Source of the DNA: an uncultured Planctomycetia bacterium
GTDB taxonomy: Bacteria > Omnitrophota > Gorgyraeia > Gorgyraeales > Gorgyraeaceae
Assembly: GCA_964415355.1 (NCBI GenBank)
Contig: CAYPYS010000003.1
Span: forward strand, 4,156 to 68,155
Direction: 5' to 3'
DNA length: 64,000 bases
Part shown: positions 49,130-60,027 of the stretch, piece by piece
Layout: each line of letters starts with the position of its first letter
How positions within the stretch are numbered: the stretch's first letter is position 1
The notes under the pieces: generated by a model
What the model was told of the DNA's origin: nothing
The model's database searches: none
Seen by the model: the letters and a program-made list of their open reading frames with translations, nothing else
Position numbers and translations under genes: made by a program

Positions 49130-49854
49130 AAATTTACCCGGTAACCCGCCCTATAATGAATACTGCGGGGGCATCTCCTTGATATCTCTCCAAAGTTAAC
49201 CCAGAAATCCACTCCGCCTCTTATTATCTTAAATAAGTTATACTTCGAAACTCCTTTTTTTCTGGGCAGGTGCCTGACCTCGATCTCGATCACTGACTCA
49301 GTCAGCCTAGCCAATAAAGGCTTGAGAAATCTCCTGTCTGCATCCAGTCCTTTAAGTCGCTCAAGGAGTTCCCTTCTGACCGCAAACAGGCCACACCCGT
49401 AATCCTTGAGAGGCACCTTTGTCCTGTAACTTATAATATTATTGGCAAAAAGAGAACATAATTTCCTTAACGCAGGATCCTTCCTGTTTTTCCTCCAGCC
49501 ATTGACAAAGAGATAGCCTTTATTGATATATTCCAACATACGGATAATGTCTTCTGGATCATTTTGCAGATCTCCGTCCATATTTATTACGACTTCGCCC
49601 TTCGAATGTTCAAATCCAGAGAGGATTGCAGGAAGCTGGCCGCGGTTCTTTTTAAATCTTACAAGTTTTACGCGATTATTTTCTGTCTGGATGTTTCTTA
49701 TAAGATCATACGTCCTGTCATAGCTTCCATCATCTATAAATACTATCTCATGGTTTTTTTTGAGCGAAGTCAGTACGCCATTTATCCGACGATAAAGCTC
49801 GTTTATGCTATTTTCTTCATTAAACAAAGGTATAACTACGGATACCTCTATCAT
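49126..49854 (-). CDS. GT2 glycosyltransferase (ArnC-like, polyprenol-phosphate sugar transferase)
   Basis: VVIPLFNEE, DDGS.D, MDGDLQNDP and DYGCG motifs. Confidence 0.88.
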   Translation of the reverse strand: MIEVSVVIPLFNEENSINELYRRINGVLTSLKKNHEIVFIDDGSYDRTYDLIRNIQTENNRVKLVRFKKNRGQLPAILSGFEHSKGEVVINMDGDLQNDPEDIIRMLEYINKGYLFVNGWRKNRKDPALRKLCSLFANNIISYRTKVPLKDYGCGLFAVRRELLERLKGLDADRRFLKPLLARLTESVIEIEVRHLPRKKGVSKYNLFKIIRGGVDFWVNFGEISRRCPRSIHYRAGYRVNL

Positions 49855-49856
49855 GC

Positions 49857-51209
49857 CTATACCTTCTCCTTGCTTGTTACCGATATTTGCCGTAGGCAGG
49901 ATGAACGGCGAATTTCTCCATCCGGAAAATCCGAGTAAAGATTGCATGTATCGACAAGCTCTAAATCTATATTCAGAGCTGTGTGAAAGGTCCCCACGAT
50001 AATACTGAATACATCAAACCTGATCAAATCTGGGAACTTTTTTTTGCATAACTGTTTTAAAATAGATTTTGCGCTTCGCAGCATGAAACTCCTTAGCTTT
50101 CTTCTGGTCAGAAATTCTTTTATAAAAAAATGGTAGGGGAAATGTAGAAATAGCCTGGTTTTTTTAAAATTATTTTTTCCGTCCAAGCGGTCATTGATAT
50201 CTTTTAGATACATGTTTAACCGCCTGAGGTCTATTAACTGGCCCATAGTTACAAGGCCTCCGTTATCCGATGCAACATAAGCCCTCATTTCGCACCATGG
50301 CTGCTTGTTCTCTTTTCTTCCGGTTACCTTTCTGAGGATTTCAAACGCATAATAACTAAAAGCAGTGCTGTCAATGAAATCTCCCGTGCTAAGGCCAGAC
50401 TGCGCCTTTATCTCTCCAAAGATGTCTGACATATTCATTGGTTCATGTTCGCCCACGCGTCCCATTTCCCAAACAGGGTTAAAATTAATTATCTTTATAG
50501 ATCTGCTGTTTTCAGAGGCAAATTTAATTATATTCCCTATCTGGTCTATGTTCAAATCTTTGACCAGCATTATGAATAAATATATGGGTATCTCGACCTG
50601 CTTCAAATTTTCTACTGCAATGGATTTTACAGCCGCAAGCCTTTCCCCTCTCAGGATCTCGCACTGGCGCTCATCAAATGTGTCGAACTGCAGGATCACC
50701 AGATCAACGCCTGTTTTTTTCAATCTACGGACGAATCCGATGTCCGCAAGTCTTTTCCCATTAGTAAATAAAAAGACTCTATATCCTGACTCTTTGATTT
50801 CCCTGATAATATCAAAAAGATCCTCTCTCAGTGTAGGCTCGCCGCCTGATAAGTAAATCGTAGATCCAGTAAATCCAGAAATCCTGTTCTTTATCTCTTT
50901 AATAGAAGGCTCTTTCATTTCAATCTCATTCGCCATGGCAAAACAAAAAGGGCAGTTCATATTGCACCTGGAATTAAGATTTATAACAAGGCCCTCTGGA
51001 TGCATCTTAGGCCTGTTGTTGTCCTTAAATAGTTTCTCTGTGGAGCTGTATTGCGACAGATCCCCCAGGGGATGACGCGCTTTAAAATATCCATGCCTCT
51101 TACAGGTCTTGTCGATATACAGCTTACCCTTTTCTTCTACAACCCGGGCATTGATGATCTCCAGGCACTCAGGGCATAAACTTCTGGTTCCGGAAATAAA
51201 TCTCTCCAT
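49857..51209 (-). CDS. Tes/MJ0619-like radical SAM protein
   Basis: TRSLCPEC...KTCKRHG N-terminal metal site, CNMNCPFC, SGGEPT, LQFD and C-terminal Cys residues. Confidence 0.8.
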   Translation of the reverse strand: MERFISGTRSLCPECLEIINARVVEEKGKLYIDKTCKRHGYFKARHPLGDLSQYSSTEKLFKDNNRPKMHPEGLVINLNSRCNMNCPFCFAMANEIEMKEPSIKEIKNRISGFTGSTIYLSGGEPTLREDLFDIIREIKESGYRVFLFTNGKRLADIGFVRRLKKTGVDLVILQFDTFDERQCEILRGERLAAVKSIAVENLKQVEIPIYLFIMLVKDLNIDQIGNIIKFASENSRSIKIINFNPVWEMGRVGEHEPMNMSDIFGEIKAQSGLSTGDFIDSTAFSYYAFEILRKVTGRKENKQPWCEMRAYVASDNGGLVTMGQLIDLRRLNMYLKDINDRLDGKNNFKKTRLFLHFPYHFFIKEFLTRRKLRSFMLRSAKSILKQLCKKKFPDLIRFDVFSIIVGTFHTALNIDLELVDTCNLYSDFPDGEIRRSSCLRQISVTSKEKV

Positions 51210-51240
51210 AACTCCTTCTGCGACTCCAGTCCGTAAACTC

Positions 51241-52725
51241 TTAATACCTACATCTATACAGATCTTCCCTGATGTACCTGGATACAGTAGTCTGGTACAG
51301 CTCTCCAAAGATAGCCGGGTGATTCAAAGGCCGCCTCCTGCGTCTATCTATCGAAAGAATAAACTTCAAGATGTCTAATAAAAAATACAGCCCCTTTAAT
51401 CTTATCCCCTGTCTTAAAAATCTCAGCACCTTAGATGCCTTTGCCCTGGTCATGATCCAGGACAATTCTTTCCTGGCAAGGCCTTTTAATTCTATGGTCT
51501 TTTTTACCCAAATATAAACGATCTTCTTTTTTTTGGATTTTTTACCATATGATATTCTATTTTTTGAATCAACCTGCTTTCCCAGAGAAGTATGAGGAAA
51601 AAGCTGATAATATAAAAAATCTGTACGTATAGGGTTAAAGGTCCTGGACATTGCCAGGCTTCTCTCCGCCGTATCTCTGTTTTCTTGAGGAAAGCCCAGG
51701 ATCATGGTGAATTTATAAGGAATATTGTAGCGCTCTAAGTTGCCGACTGCTGTCCTTATATCATTATCTAAAACATCCTTTTTTAAAATATTTCTCCTTA
51801 GATTCTCGTCTCCTGATTCTATACCCAAGCACACCATGCCGCAGCCGGCTGCCCTTGCCCTCTTTGCCCAATCATCATCGATTACATCAGCCCTTGTCTG
51901 ACAGCTCCAGGTCAGTTTTCTGTTAAGGCCTGAATCTATAAATGCTGAGCAAAACTCTCTGAAATTTTCTTTATCCAATCCGAATATCTCATCGTTAAAA
52001 AATATAGTTTTAAACCAGCTGCCGTATTTTTCATAATTAATCCTTATCTCGTCTATTACATTTTTAGGTCTCCTGACCCTGTAGTATTTGCCGGGGTTGG
52101 AATTCGATATAGCCGGGTTTGTACAAAATGCACAATCGTATGGGCAGCCCCTGGAATGGGTATGTATCAGGCTATTTGGATAATAATCCCCCATGCCAGA
52201 ATACCTTTCGATGTCCCAATGATCCCAGTTCGGGAACGCCATGCTATCCAGATCATCCTGGAACGGCCTTAATCTGTTCCTGATTATTTTCTTATCCTTA
52301 TCCTTATACCACATACCGTCTATCTTAAGATCTTCCCCCATCTCCAATCTATCTAAGAGCTCTGCTGCTGTCTTTTCTCCGTCTCCTATGCAAACCGCAT
52401 CCACGCAAGGGTTGCCTATAACTGCCTCGGGATTTAAAGTGCAATGCACTCCGCCAAATACAACCATTATATCTGGATTTATCTCTTTTATAAATTCGGC
52501 TATCTCACTGGCTATTGAATAATTGGGGCTTAATACTGAGATGCCCACTACATCAGGCCTGTACTCATTGATCTCATCAATGATATATTCCCTGTAATTT
52601 TTATATCTGAATCCCAGATCCAATAATCTCACGTCATGTTTTTTCTCCACGGAAGACATGATATACGCCAGGCCTATATTAGGGACTTCCGGAAAAAATG
52701 TTGGATTTATAAATATAGCTTTCAT
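51241..52725 (-). CDS. B12-binding radical SAM protein
   Basis: PNIGLAY, GGVH, SRGCPYDCAFC and GIESG motifs. Confidence 0.9.
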   Translation of the reverse strand: MKAIFINPTFFPEVPNIGLAYIMSSVEKKHDVRLLDLGFRYKNYREYIIDEINEYRPDVVGISVLSPNYSIASEIAEFIKEINPDIMVVFGGVHCTLNPEAVIGNPCVDAVCIGDGEKTAAELLDRLEMGEDLKIDGMWYKDKDKKIIRNRLRPFQDDLDSMAFPNWDHWDIERYSGMGDYYPNSLIHTHSRGCPYDCAFCTNPAISNSNPGKYYRVRRPKNVIDEIRINYEKYGSWFKTIFFNDEIFGLDKENFREFCSAFIDSGLNRKLTWSCQTRADVIDDDWAKRARAAGCGMVCLGIESGDENLRRNILKKDVLDNDIRTAVGNLERYNIPYKFTMILGFPQENRDTAERSLAMSRTFNPIRTDFLYYQLFPHTSLGKQVDSKNRISYGKKSKKKKIVYIWVKKTIELKGLARKELSWIMTRAKASKVLRFLRQGIRLKGLYFLLDILKFILSIDRRRRRPLNHPAIFGELYQTTVSRYIREDLYRCRY

Positions 52726-52735
52726 AGTCAATAAA

Positions 52736-54073
52736 TTAAGGTTGCCTGCTATCTTTAAGGATCTCGCTGAAACAATGGCAGAATAAATTTTCTCTATAAT
52801 CAGAAAAAATATTACAGTGTTTGAAAATATCTATATCGGAATTAGAGGGCTCCACAAATGAACCTACCCTGACATGAAACGAAGACCTGTATCTGTTAAC
52901 AGGGTATTGTTTGTTAAAAAAGGAGCGAGATGAAGACAGGATCGTTCGAAACATAAAAGGTAAAAGCCTTATATTAAATAATGCGGGATTTACTAGAAAA
53001 AAATAAGCTATTTTCAAGGCAATATACCACTTCGACGGAAAAGGCCTTTCATTCAATCTCTGGTATATTTTTCTTAAAAAATTATTTATTTTTTTGAGGT
53101 CTATAAGCCTGACCAAAGGAGTAATGGCCCCGTCAATAACCAGAAAATGGCAATCTACATTGCACATCGAAGAGCGATTAAAGTTCTTATTGATAAAAAA
53201 ATTGAACAACTCTGAGACATAAAAATCGAACACAGTATAAGTGACAAAGTCATCTTCACTGATGCCTGACTCTTTTTCCAGTATCTCGAGGACCTCTGTC
53301 TTGGTAAAATCTCTGTGGCCCGGATTCCTACCGAGAGACCACGCTGGTATAAAAAAAACGGTTTTAATAATATCACTGTTCTCGGCAGCGTATCTGAAAA
53401 TATTGCCGATCTGATTATCATTTACTCCTTTTACCAGCATTACCCAGAGCTGCAACAATATCTTTGTCCGTTTCAGATTATGAACTACCTTCAGTTTTAT
53501 ATCCAGCAGATCCTCCTGCCTTAAGATATTATAATGCCTGTCGTCAAGCGTATCAAACTGTAACTGAATAATATCCAGTCCTGTCTTTTCTAATCCCCTT
53601 ATATAACTTTCATCCGTCAATCTTTTGCCATTAGTCATCAGTATGACCTTAAATCTCTTTTCTTTGAGTCGGCGTATAATCTCAAACAGATCACTCCTCA
53701 GGGTCGGTTCGCCGCCGCAGAGATATATATATTGCCCCTTGAAATTACTGGTTCTATCGATAACGTCATCCACGGAGGGCTCAGGAGTATCTTTTTTATT
53801 GCCATCGGAGAAACAAAAATTACAGGACTGATTACAATCGTAATTCAGATAGATCAATAGCGCAATTGGATGACCCTTGGGCTTTCCCCTGTACAGATCC
53901 CCAATGCTCCGGTAAAGATCCAGCCGCGGCCAGAAATACAGGTTTTCGAAGCTTCCATCCCTAGGGCAATCCTTGCGAATAAATATATTTCCGTCATCCT
54001 CAAAGACGACCGCCCCGACCATCTCCCTGCATGTTGGACAGAAACCCTTTGTTTTCTTCAATATCTTTTCCAT
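52736..54073 (-). CDS. Tes/MJ0619-like radical SAM protein
   Basis: TKGFCPTC...KDCPRDG, CNQSCNFC, GGEPT and LQFD motifs. Confidence 0.78.
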   Translation of the reverse strand: MEKILKKTKGFCPTCREMVGAVVFEDDGNIFIRKDCPRDGSFENLYFWPRLDLYRSIGDLYRGKPKGHPIALLIYLNYDCNQSCNFCFSDGNKKDTPEPSVDDVIDRTSNFKGQYIYLCGGEPTLRSDLFEIIRRLKEKRFKVILMTNGKRLTDESYIRGLEKTGLDIIQLQFDTLDDRHYNILRQEDLLDIKLKVVHNLKRTKILLQLWVMLVKGVNDNQIGNIFRYAAENSDIIKTVFFIPAWSLGRNPGHRDFTKTEVLEILEKESGISEDDFVTYTVFDFYVSELFNFFINKNFNRSSMCNVDCHFLVIDGAITPLVRLIDLKKINNFLRKIYQRLNERPFPSKWYIALKIAYFFLVNPALFNIRLLPFMFRTILSSSRSFFNKQYPVNRYRSSFHVRVGSFVEPSNSDIDIFKHCNIFSDYRENLFCHCFSEILKDSRQP

Positions 54074-54096
54074 AAAGCGGTTGCGGATTCTAATCG

Positions 54097-55464
54097 TTAT
54101 CGATCGACATCGTCGTCGTAAATATGCCTGATACAGGCAGAAGCCATCCCCTTATCATCTAACAGATCAGAATATAATGTGCACCTCTTTACTATATCGA
54201 GATCAATATTATATTTATTATGAAATACCCCTACCATAATACTCAATATATTTACCGGCTTAAAGACCTCTTTTAATGAACGTCTCTTCCATAACATATT
54301 AAATATATCGGCGATGATCTTTTTATAAAATTTCCATAATTGTATATTAAATATTAATTCCCTCATCAGAAAAAAGTAAGGCAGGGTAAACGTCAGGCGT
54401 AACCAATTTTTTGCCTTACCTTTGTCTTTAAGCGAGCTTATTATAAGCTTTAAATGCCTGTTTATCCTTTCAAGATCGACTATCTTATTTAATGGCTTTA
54501 TATCCCCTTCGTTAAACTTAAAGACATAACACCTCAGGGCACAGCCAGGTTGCCTGGTCCACATTTTACCGATCAATTTTCTCTGGACTTCGAATAAAAG
54601 CAGGGCAAATTCGGTGCAGACTATAAAATCATCGACACTTAGAGATGTCTGGCTTTCCAGTTCTTCCAGTATCCTCGAATTGGATATGCGGCCAAACTCG
54701 GAATACCTGCCAAGCTGCCATATAGGCGTGAAATTGAGGATCTTTACGCTTCTTATATTCTCTAAACTAAATCTGACCAATCTACCTATCTGATCCGTAT
54801 TTACATTGTCCACTATCACGCTGAATAAAAATATCCATATCCCTGCCTTGTTTAAATTGTCCACGGCCTTCTTTTTTATACCTGTCAATCTATCTCCCCT
54901 CATCGCTTCTTGATCATCATCGTCCAGGCTGTCAAATTGTAAATCCACCAAGTCCAGGCCGGCGGCTTTTAACTTCCTCACGTAATCCATGTTCTTTAAT
55001 TTCTTTCCATTCGTCATCAGACAGACCTTGAATCCTTTCTTTTTCAGCCTGCTGATTATCTCGAACAGATCCTCCCTTAAAGTCGGTTCTCCTCCGGACA
55101 AAAGAATATACTCTCCGTGATAATCCTTAACTCTATCTAAAATCTCCTCTATCGAAGGGTCTTTTCTTCTCGCCTTCTCTTCATTAACGCGCATATAACA
55201 GATCGGGCATTTCTGATTGCACTTAAAGGTTATGTATAATATCAAATCGCGAGGATAAAAATCGCATGCGCCTTCTATATGGCTGAATATCCTGTTCATG
55301 CCGGCATAGACCTTATGGGTGTCGAAAACATGCCTGACTTCAAACATGCCGTGTCTTTTGCAGGTCTTGTTTAAATAAAGAATACCTTGTTTTTCGATCA
55401 CCCTGGCATCGATGATTTCAAGGCATTCCGGACACATGCTTTTTGTGCAATCAATGATATTCAT
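54097..55464 (-). CDS. Tes/MJ0619-like radical SAM protein
   Basis: TKSMCPEC...KTCKRHG, CNQKCPIC, SGGEPT, LQFD and D..IVKRC...AC motifs. Confidence 0.8.
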   Translation of the reverse strand: MNIIDCTKSMCPECLEIIDARVIEKQGILYLNKTCKRHGMFEVRHVFDTHKVYAGMNRIFSHIEGACDFYPRDLILYITFKCNQKCPICYMRVNEEKARRKDPSIEEILDRVKDYHGEYILLSGGEPTLREDLFEIISRLKKKGFKVCLMTNGKKLKNMDYVRKLKAAGLDLVDLQFDSLDDDDQEAMRGDRLTGIKKKAVDNLNKAGIWIFLFSVIVDNVNTDQIGRLVRFSLENIRSVKILNFTPIWQLGRYSEFGRISNSRILEELESQTSLSVDDFIVCTEFALLLFEVQRKLIGKMWTRQPGCALRCYVFKFNEGDIKPLNKIVDLERINRHLKLIISSLKDKGKAKNWLRLTFTLPYFFLMRELIFNIQLWKFYKKIIADIFNMLWKRRSLKEVFKPVNILSIMVGVFHNKYNIDLDIVKRCTLYSDLLDDKGMASACIRHIYDDDVDR

Positions 55465-55465
55465 T

Positions 55466-56938
55466 TTATCCCCTGTCATACCGTTTATCAGCATCAATGA
55501 TATATTTATAGATAGTCCTGCCCTGGAGATCACGATACATATAATAAATTTTCTGGTACCATAAATCATCCTTGGTCATAAAAATAATACTATTAATTAC
55601 GTCTGTGAAAAATCTTAGGCCTTTGTACTTCAAGCCGCGCTTTAAAAATACACATAACATCCTAAATCTTATGCCCCACATAATTCTATTTAATCGCCTT
55701 TTATTCAATGCCTTCGGCTTCACAGCAAGCCTGTTCCATGATCTTTTTATTTCTTCATCTTCTATTTTAGGATTAACCTTTCTCGCTCTCTCCCCCAGTT
55801 CGGTCTTGGGAAGCGGGTAATAAAAATTAAAATACGCCATAAAAGGGTCCATTTCCTTGATAAGATTTAAACTATTCTTAATGCTCTTATTTGTCTCTTC
55901 CGGGCATCCTATTAAAAAATTCATCTTGTACTCTATCCCATTATCCCTAAGTATCGTCGCAGCATCACATATCTGTTTCCTGTTTATATTCTTTTTATAG
56001 ACACTATTTCTTATGTAATCATCACCTGACTCTATGCCAAGCGAGACCAGAAAGCACCCTGCCCTCCTGGTTTGCCTTGCCCATTCATCTGTAACAATAT
56101 CGCATCGTGTCTGACATCCCCATGGCAGCCTCTTGTTCAATCCTTCCTTTATGTATAAATCAGAAAATTCCTTCAAAAATCTCTTGTCCAACCCAAAGAT
56201 ATCATCGCACACGTAAAGAGCCTTGAGTCCTTTATCGGCATACTTATCTATATTAATTTTTATCTCCTTAATCACATTCTCAGCGCTACGGGTCCTATAA
56301 TACCTACCCTCCGCGATATTTCTAAGGGCATGACACGAACAATAACTGCAGTCATAAGGGCAGCCTCTAGAGGCAAGGACATATAGGCTCCCGGTAACTA
56401 ATACACTAGACTCCAGGTATAAATCAACATCCCAGCGATCCCAATTAGGAAATGGTATATCGTCCAGGTCTTCATTAAAAGGCCTGGGCGCATTCCTTGT
56501 TATGTTCCCCTTCCTGTCTTTGTGCCATATGCCGGGCACCATTGGTTCCTGCCCTTTTTCCAGCGCGTTAAGATATTCCAAAAAAGACCTTTCGCCCTCT
56601 CCTATACATATTGCATCAACCAAGGGATGCTGTATGGTCTCCTCTGGGACCAATGTAGGGTGAACACCTCCTAATATCAATGGCGTATCCGGATAAATCT
56701 CTTTTATAAACCTGGCCATGAAAAGGGCGTTTTGAAACGTGAAGCTCGTGACTGAAAAACCTACTATATCAGGCTTATCTTTGAGGTTTTCCCTTAAAAT
56801 CTTTAAGTAATCCTTTGAATTAAATATAAGATCTACGAGCTTCACGTCATGCCTGTGCTCGATAGAGGATACAAGATATGCGAGGCCTATATTAGGAACT
56901 TTATCCTGTAGATTACAGTTAATCAATGTTACTTTCAT
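55466..56938 (-). CDS. B12-binding radical SAM protein (paralog of 51241-52725)
   Basis: PNIGLAY, GGVH and SRGCPYDCSYC motifs. Confidence 0.9.
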   Translation of the reverse strand: MKVTLINCNLQDKVPNIGLAYLVSSIEHRHDVKLVDLIFNSKDYLKILRENLKDKPDIVGFSVTSFTFQNALFMARFIKEIYPDTPLILGGVHPTLVPEETIQHPLVDAICIGEGERSFLEYLNALEKGQEPMVPGIWHKDRKGNITRNAPRPFNEDLDDIPFPNWDRWDVDLYLESSVLVTGSLYVLASRGCPYDCSYCSCHALRNIAEGRYYRTRSAENVIKEIKINIDKYADKGLKALYVCDDIFGLDKRFLKEFSDLYIKEGLNKRLPWGCQTRCDIVTDEWARQTRRAGCFLVSLGIESGDDYIRNSVYKKNINRKQICDAATILRDNGIEYKMNFLIGCPEETNKSIKNSLNLIKEMDPFMAYFNFYYPLPKTELGERARKVNPKIEDEEIKRSWNRLAVKPKALNKRRLNRIMWGIRFRMLCVFLKRGLKYKGLRFFTDVINSIIFMTKDDLWYQKIYYMYRDLQGRTIYKYIIDADKRYDRG

Positions 56939-58380
56939 GATTTATAAGATGTGGAAATTATTCTCATAATTACCCTGACTAATCCACGCGTTAAACGTAA
57001 AAATTCTCCGATGGTGCGGATCTTTTTGGCCCTTTTTAAAATATACCCTAATCTGAGATAAAAAGAGCGAGTACTTATCCTAATGAGGCTTTTTAATTCT
57101 TTATATGTCATGGAAAACGGCACAAATGTGACATTCGCCAGATCGAACGGGCCATCTGAAACGATCTCCCCCCACTCTGAAGCCTTTTCAGAAAGAATGG
57201 TCCTGGGAAACGGGGTCAGATTGCTGAATGAGGCGTAGTCCAGATCTAAATCGCAGGCAAGTCTTATAGTTTTCAGGGCGTCTTCATAGGTCTCTCCGGG
57301 AATGCCTATTATAAAACTGCCCAGCACCTCTATACCTTCGCTCTTTGCAATATTCACGGCTTCCTTTATTCTACCAGCGTCTATATTTTTATTTAAAAAA
57401 TCCAGGTTTCTTTGAACCGCCGACTCTATGCCATATAGAATCTTCCAGCATCCTGCCTTTTTCATTATTCTAAGTTGTTCAGGGGAAACAGCATCGACTC
57501 TCATCTCTGTGCTCCAAACAATATCCAGGCCTCTCCGCAATATCTCCTCGCATATCTCTATTATCCTGTCCCTGTAAACAGATAAAGAATTATCGAGCAG
57601 GGTAAAATCTCTCACAGAGTATTTTTTAACGCAATATTCTATCTCGTCGACTATATTCCCCGGGCTTCTTACCCTGGAATCCCTCTCTGTATCACAATAT
57701 ATGCAGCCGTATGGACAGCCTCTTGAACAGTAAATATACGTATGCGGCAATTCTTTATAAGTCCCGGAAGGAGGGATGTAATCCCTTTCGCAGACCATGT
57801 CTCTATCAGGAAAAGGTAAGATATCCAAATCCTTAATAACAGGCCTTGGAGAATTGATAATAATCTCGCCATTTTCCCTGACTATAGACCCGCATACCCC
57901 TTTCATTGTCTCCGACCTGGATATCCTTGACGCTATTTCTGAAAATGTGTATTCGCCTTCTCCGTATACTACGCCATCCAGTTCAGGCGCCTCTTCCAAT
58001 CCTTTTTCTTTTATCGCTGACGGGTATCTACCGCCAACAAATATCTTTATGCGCGGAAAAAGTTGTTTCAATAATCTCGCTGTTCTTTTGACATTTGGCC
58101 AGTTGCATATAAGGGACGTTACGCCTACGATCTCTATCGAGTTCTGTCTTATGTTCTCAGCCACCTCATGAAGTGTCCTGAAATAATGCCCCTCCATGTA
58201 AAAGACATTGTGTCCTTTTTGCCTCAGTATCCGAGATAAAGAAAGCAATGAGAAAGAAGGAAGATTTTCAAAAATCCTGTTGGGTGGAATCAACCCAAAA
58301 AACCTGATGATCTTCCTGTCAAAGAACAGATCTGTTTCCCTGCGGTTATTTGATGGAACAGTCAATAATAATATATTCAT
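56935..58380 (-). CDS. B12-binding radical SAM protein
   Basis: GEGE, SRGCPYGCIYC and GIES motifs. Confidence 0.88.
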   Translation of the reverse strand: MNILLLTVPSNNRRETDLFFDRKIIRFFGLIPPNRIFENLPSFSLLSLSRILRQKGHNVFYMEGHYFRTLHEVAENIRQNSIEIVGVTSLICNWPNVKRTARLLKQLFPRIKIFVGGRYPSAIKEKGLEEAPELDGVVYGEGEYTFSEIASRISRSETMKGVCGSIVRENGEIIINSPRPVIKDLDILPFPDRDMVCERDYIPPSGTYKELPHTYIYCSRGCPYGCIYCDTERDSRVRSPGNIVDEIEYCVKKYSVRDFTLLDNSLSVYRDRIIEICEEILRRGLDIVWSTEMRVDAVSPEQLRIMKKAGCWKILYGIESAVQRNLDFLNKNIDAGRIKEAVNIAKSEGIEVLGSFIIGIPGETYEDALKTIRLACDLDLDYASFSNLTPFPRTILSEKASEWGEIVSDGPFDLANVTFVPFSMTYKELKSLIRISTRSFYLRLGYILKRAKKIRTIGEFLRLTRGLVRVIMRIISTSYKS

Positions 58381-58412
58381 TTATTCATCTTGCTCGCGTC
58401 CTACATTTAAAA

Positions 58413-59951
58413 TTATTTTTCAATAAATAACCTGGGTATATTTATTTTTATAAAATAACCAACGCAGTAAGAAAGTTTTTTTTCTATCCTGGGATCGACG
58501 CGATGCACCAGTCTTGATAAATTTACAAGGGCCAGCAACGCGTTCTTATAAAGATGTCTGAGCAGCCTCATATCTGTCAATCTATTTGCATACATCCATA
58601 TATTGAATATACCTATAAGCCTGATTATTCTTTTTATCTCTCTGATCCTCGTATGCGAATGTTTGAAAAAATTCATCCTAAGTATAAAAAAATCCTTAAA
58701 AAATAATCTTTCAAATACAGGCGTAGAGGGCCTGTTATTTATATTCTTCCATGCCCACCATGCTAAGTCCAGCCTGAGCCACCATTTTTTGATATCATAT
58801 GTCTTGTTATATGCAGAATATAATGCAGTCCCGGGATAGGGAATCAATATGCCTCCATTGACCACATATGTAAGTTTTGATAGTATCCTTTTCAAAAATA
58901 AGTATGTTGAGCTTATATGTTCTGATTTCTCCCACGGAAAACCGAACATAAATGAAACATGCGGCCGGATGCCGATCCGAGCTGTCGTATTTATGCGATC
59001 TTCGACCTTATGCAGATCTATTTTCTTTTTTATCAATGTCATTGTTTCCGGACTTCCTGTCTCTATCCCGTATGTTATACTGTAACAACCAGCTTCTTTC
59101 ATCTCTTCAAGCAACTCTTCTGTAATCAGGTCGAATCTTGATATGCAGGTCCATTTTATAGGTCTTGGCAAAGTTCTAAAAAGCCTGCACAGCTCAAACA
59201 CCCTTTGCTTATCATAAGTAAATACATCATCAAGGATAAAAAAAGTATCTATGCCGTACATCTCCTGAAGCCATCTTATTTCCTTAATAACATTTTCAGC
59301 GCTCCTACACCTAAAATCCTTGCCTAATATTTTGGAAGAACAAAAAATACACCCATAAGGGCATCCCCTGCTGGTAATAATATTTCCATAGCGCATGAAT
59401 TCATAACTGGATTTAACATAATCGGAGTGCTTGAATAAATCTTTAGCCGGCAAAGGAATATTGTCTAAATTTCCTATGGGGCTGCGACAGGGATTATGCA
59501 CGATCTCATCTCTGTCATTTTTATAACTGATGCCGGTTACATCCTTTAATTTTGCCTCACCTTTCATGAACCTGAGTATATCCAGTATAATCTCTTCGCC
59601 CTCTCCCTTTATAACAATATCAGCCCCATTTTCTAAAACCTCATCCGGTAATAAAGTCGGATGGGGCCCGCCAGCTATAATTAAAGGGAAGGTCTCTGAT
59701 AAAGCCCTTTGCAGCTTATATGCAAACTTAACAAATGTCGTGGATATAGTTATGGCTATCAAATCCGGTTTAAATGATCCGCTTTCTTTTATGATATCCG
59801 ATATGGTAAATCGGGCATACGGGGCTGCCGCGTCTATGATCTTGACCAAACAACCTTTGTTTTTTAGTGCTGCCCCGATATAGCCCAAACTCAGAGGAGG
59901 GCTTCCGTTGATCACAGGAGAAGGAGGGTGTATTAACAATGCCTTTATCAT
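58413..59951 (-). CDS. B12-binding radical SAM protein
   Basis: PPLSLGY, GGPH, GEGE, SRGCPYGCIFC and DDVF motifs; likely start MIKALLIHPP. Confidence 0.9.
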   Translation of the reverse strand: MIKALLIHPPSPVINGSPPLSLGYIGAALKNKGCLVKIIDAAAPYARFTISDIIKESGSFKPDLIAITISTTFVKFAYKLQRALSETFPLIIAGGPHPTLLPDEVLENGADIVIKGEGEEIILDILRFMKGEAKLKDVTGISYKNDRDEIVHNPCRSPIGNLDNIPLPAKDLFKHSDYVKSSYEFMRYGNIITSRGCPYGCIFCSSKILGKDFRCRSAENVIKEIRWLQEMYGIDTFFILDDVFTYDKQRVFELCRLFRTLPRPIKWTCISRFDLITEELLEEMKEAGCYSITYGIETGSPETMTLIKKKIDLHKVEDRINTTARIGIRPHVSFMFGFPWEKSEHISSTYLFLKRILSKLTYVVNGGILIPYPGTALYSAYNKTYDIKKWWLRLDLAWWAWKNINNRPSTPVFERLFFKDFFILRMNFFKHSHTRIREIKRIIRLIGIFNIWMYANRLTDMRLLRHLYKNALLALVNLSRLVHRVDPRIEKKLSYCVGYFIKINIPRLFIEK

Positions 59952-60027
59952 ATTATAATCAATGCCTGATCTTAAAAGCGCGAGCTCGGAAACTCGGAAA
60001 ATGGAGAAAGGTTTATAAACGTTACTC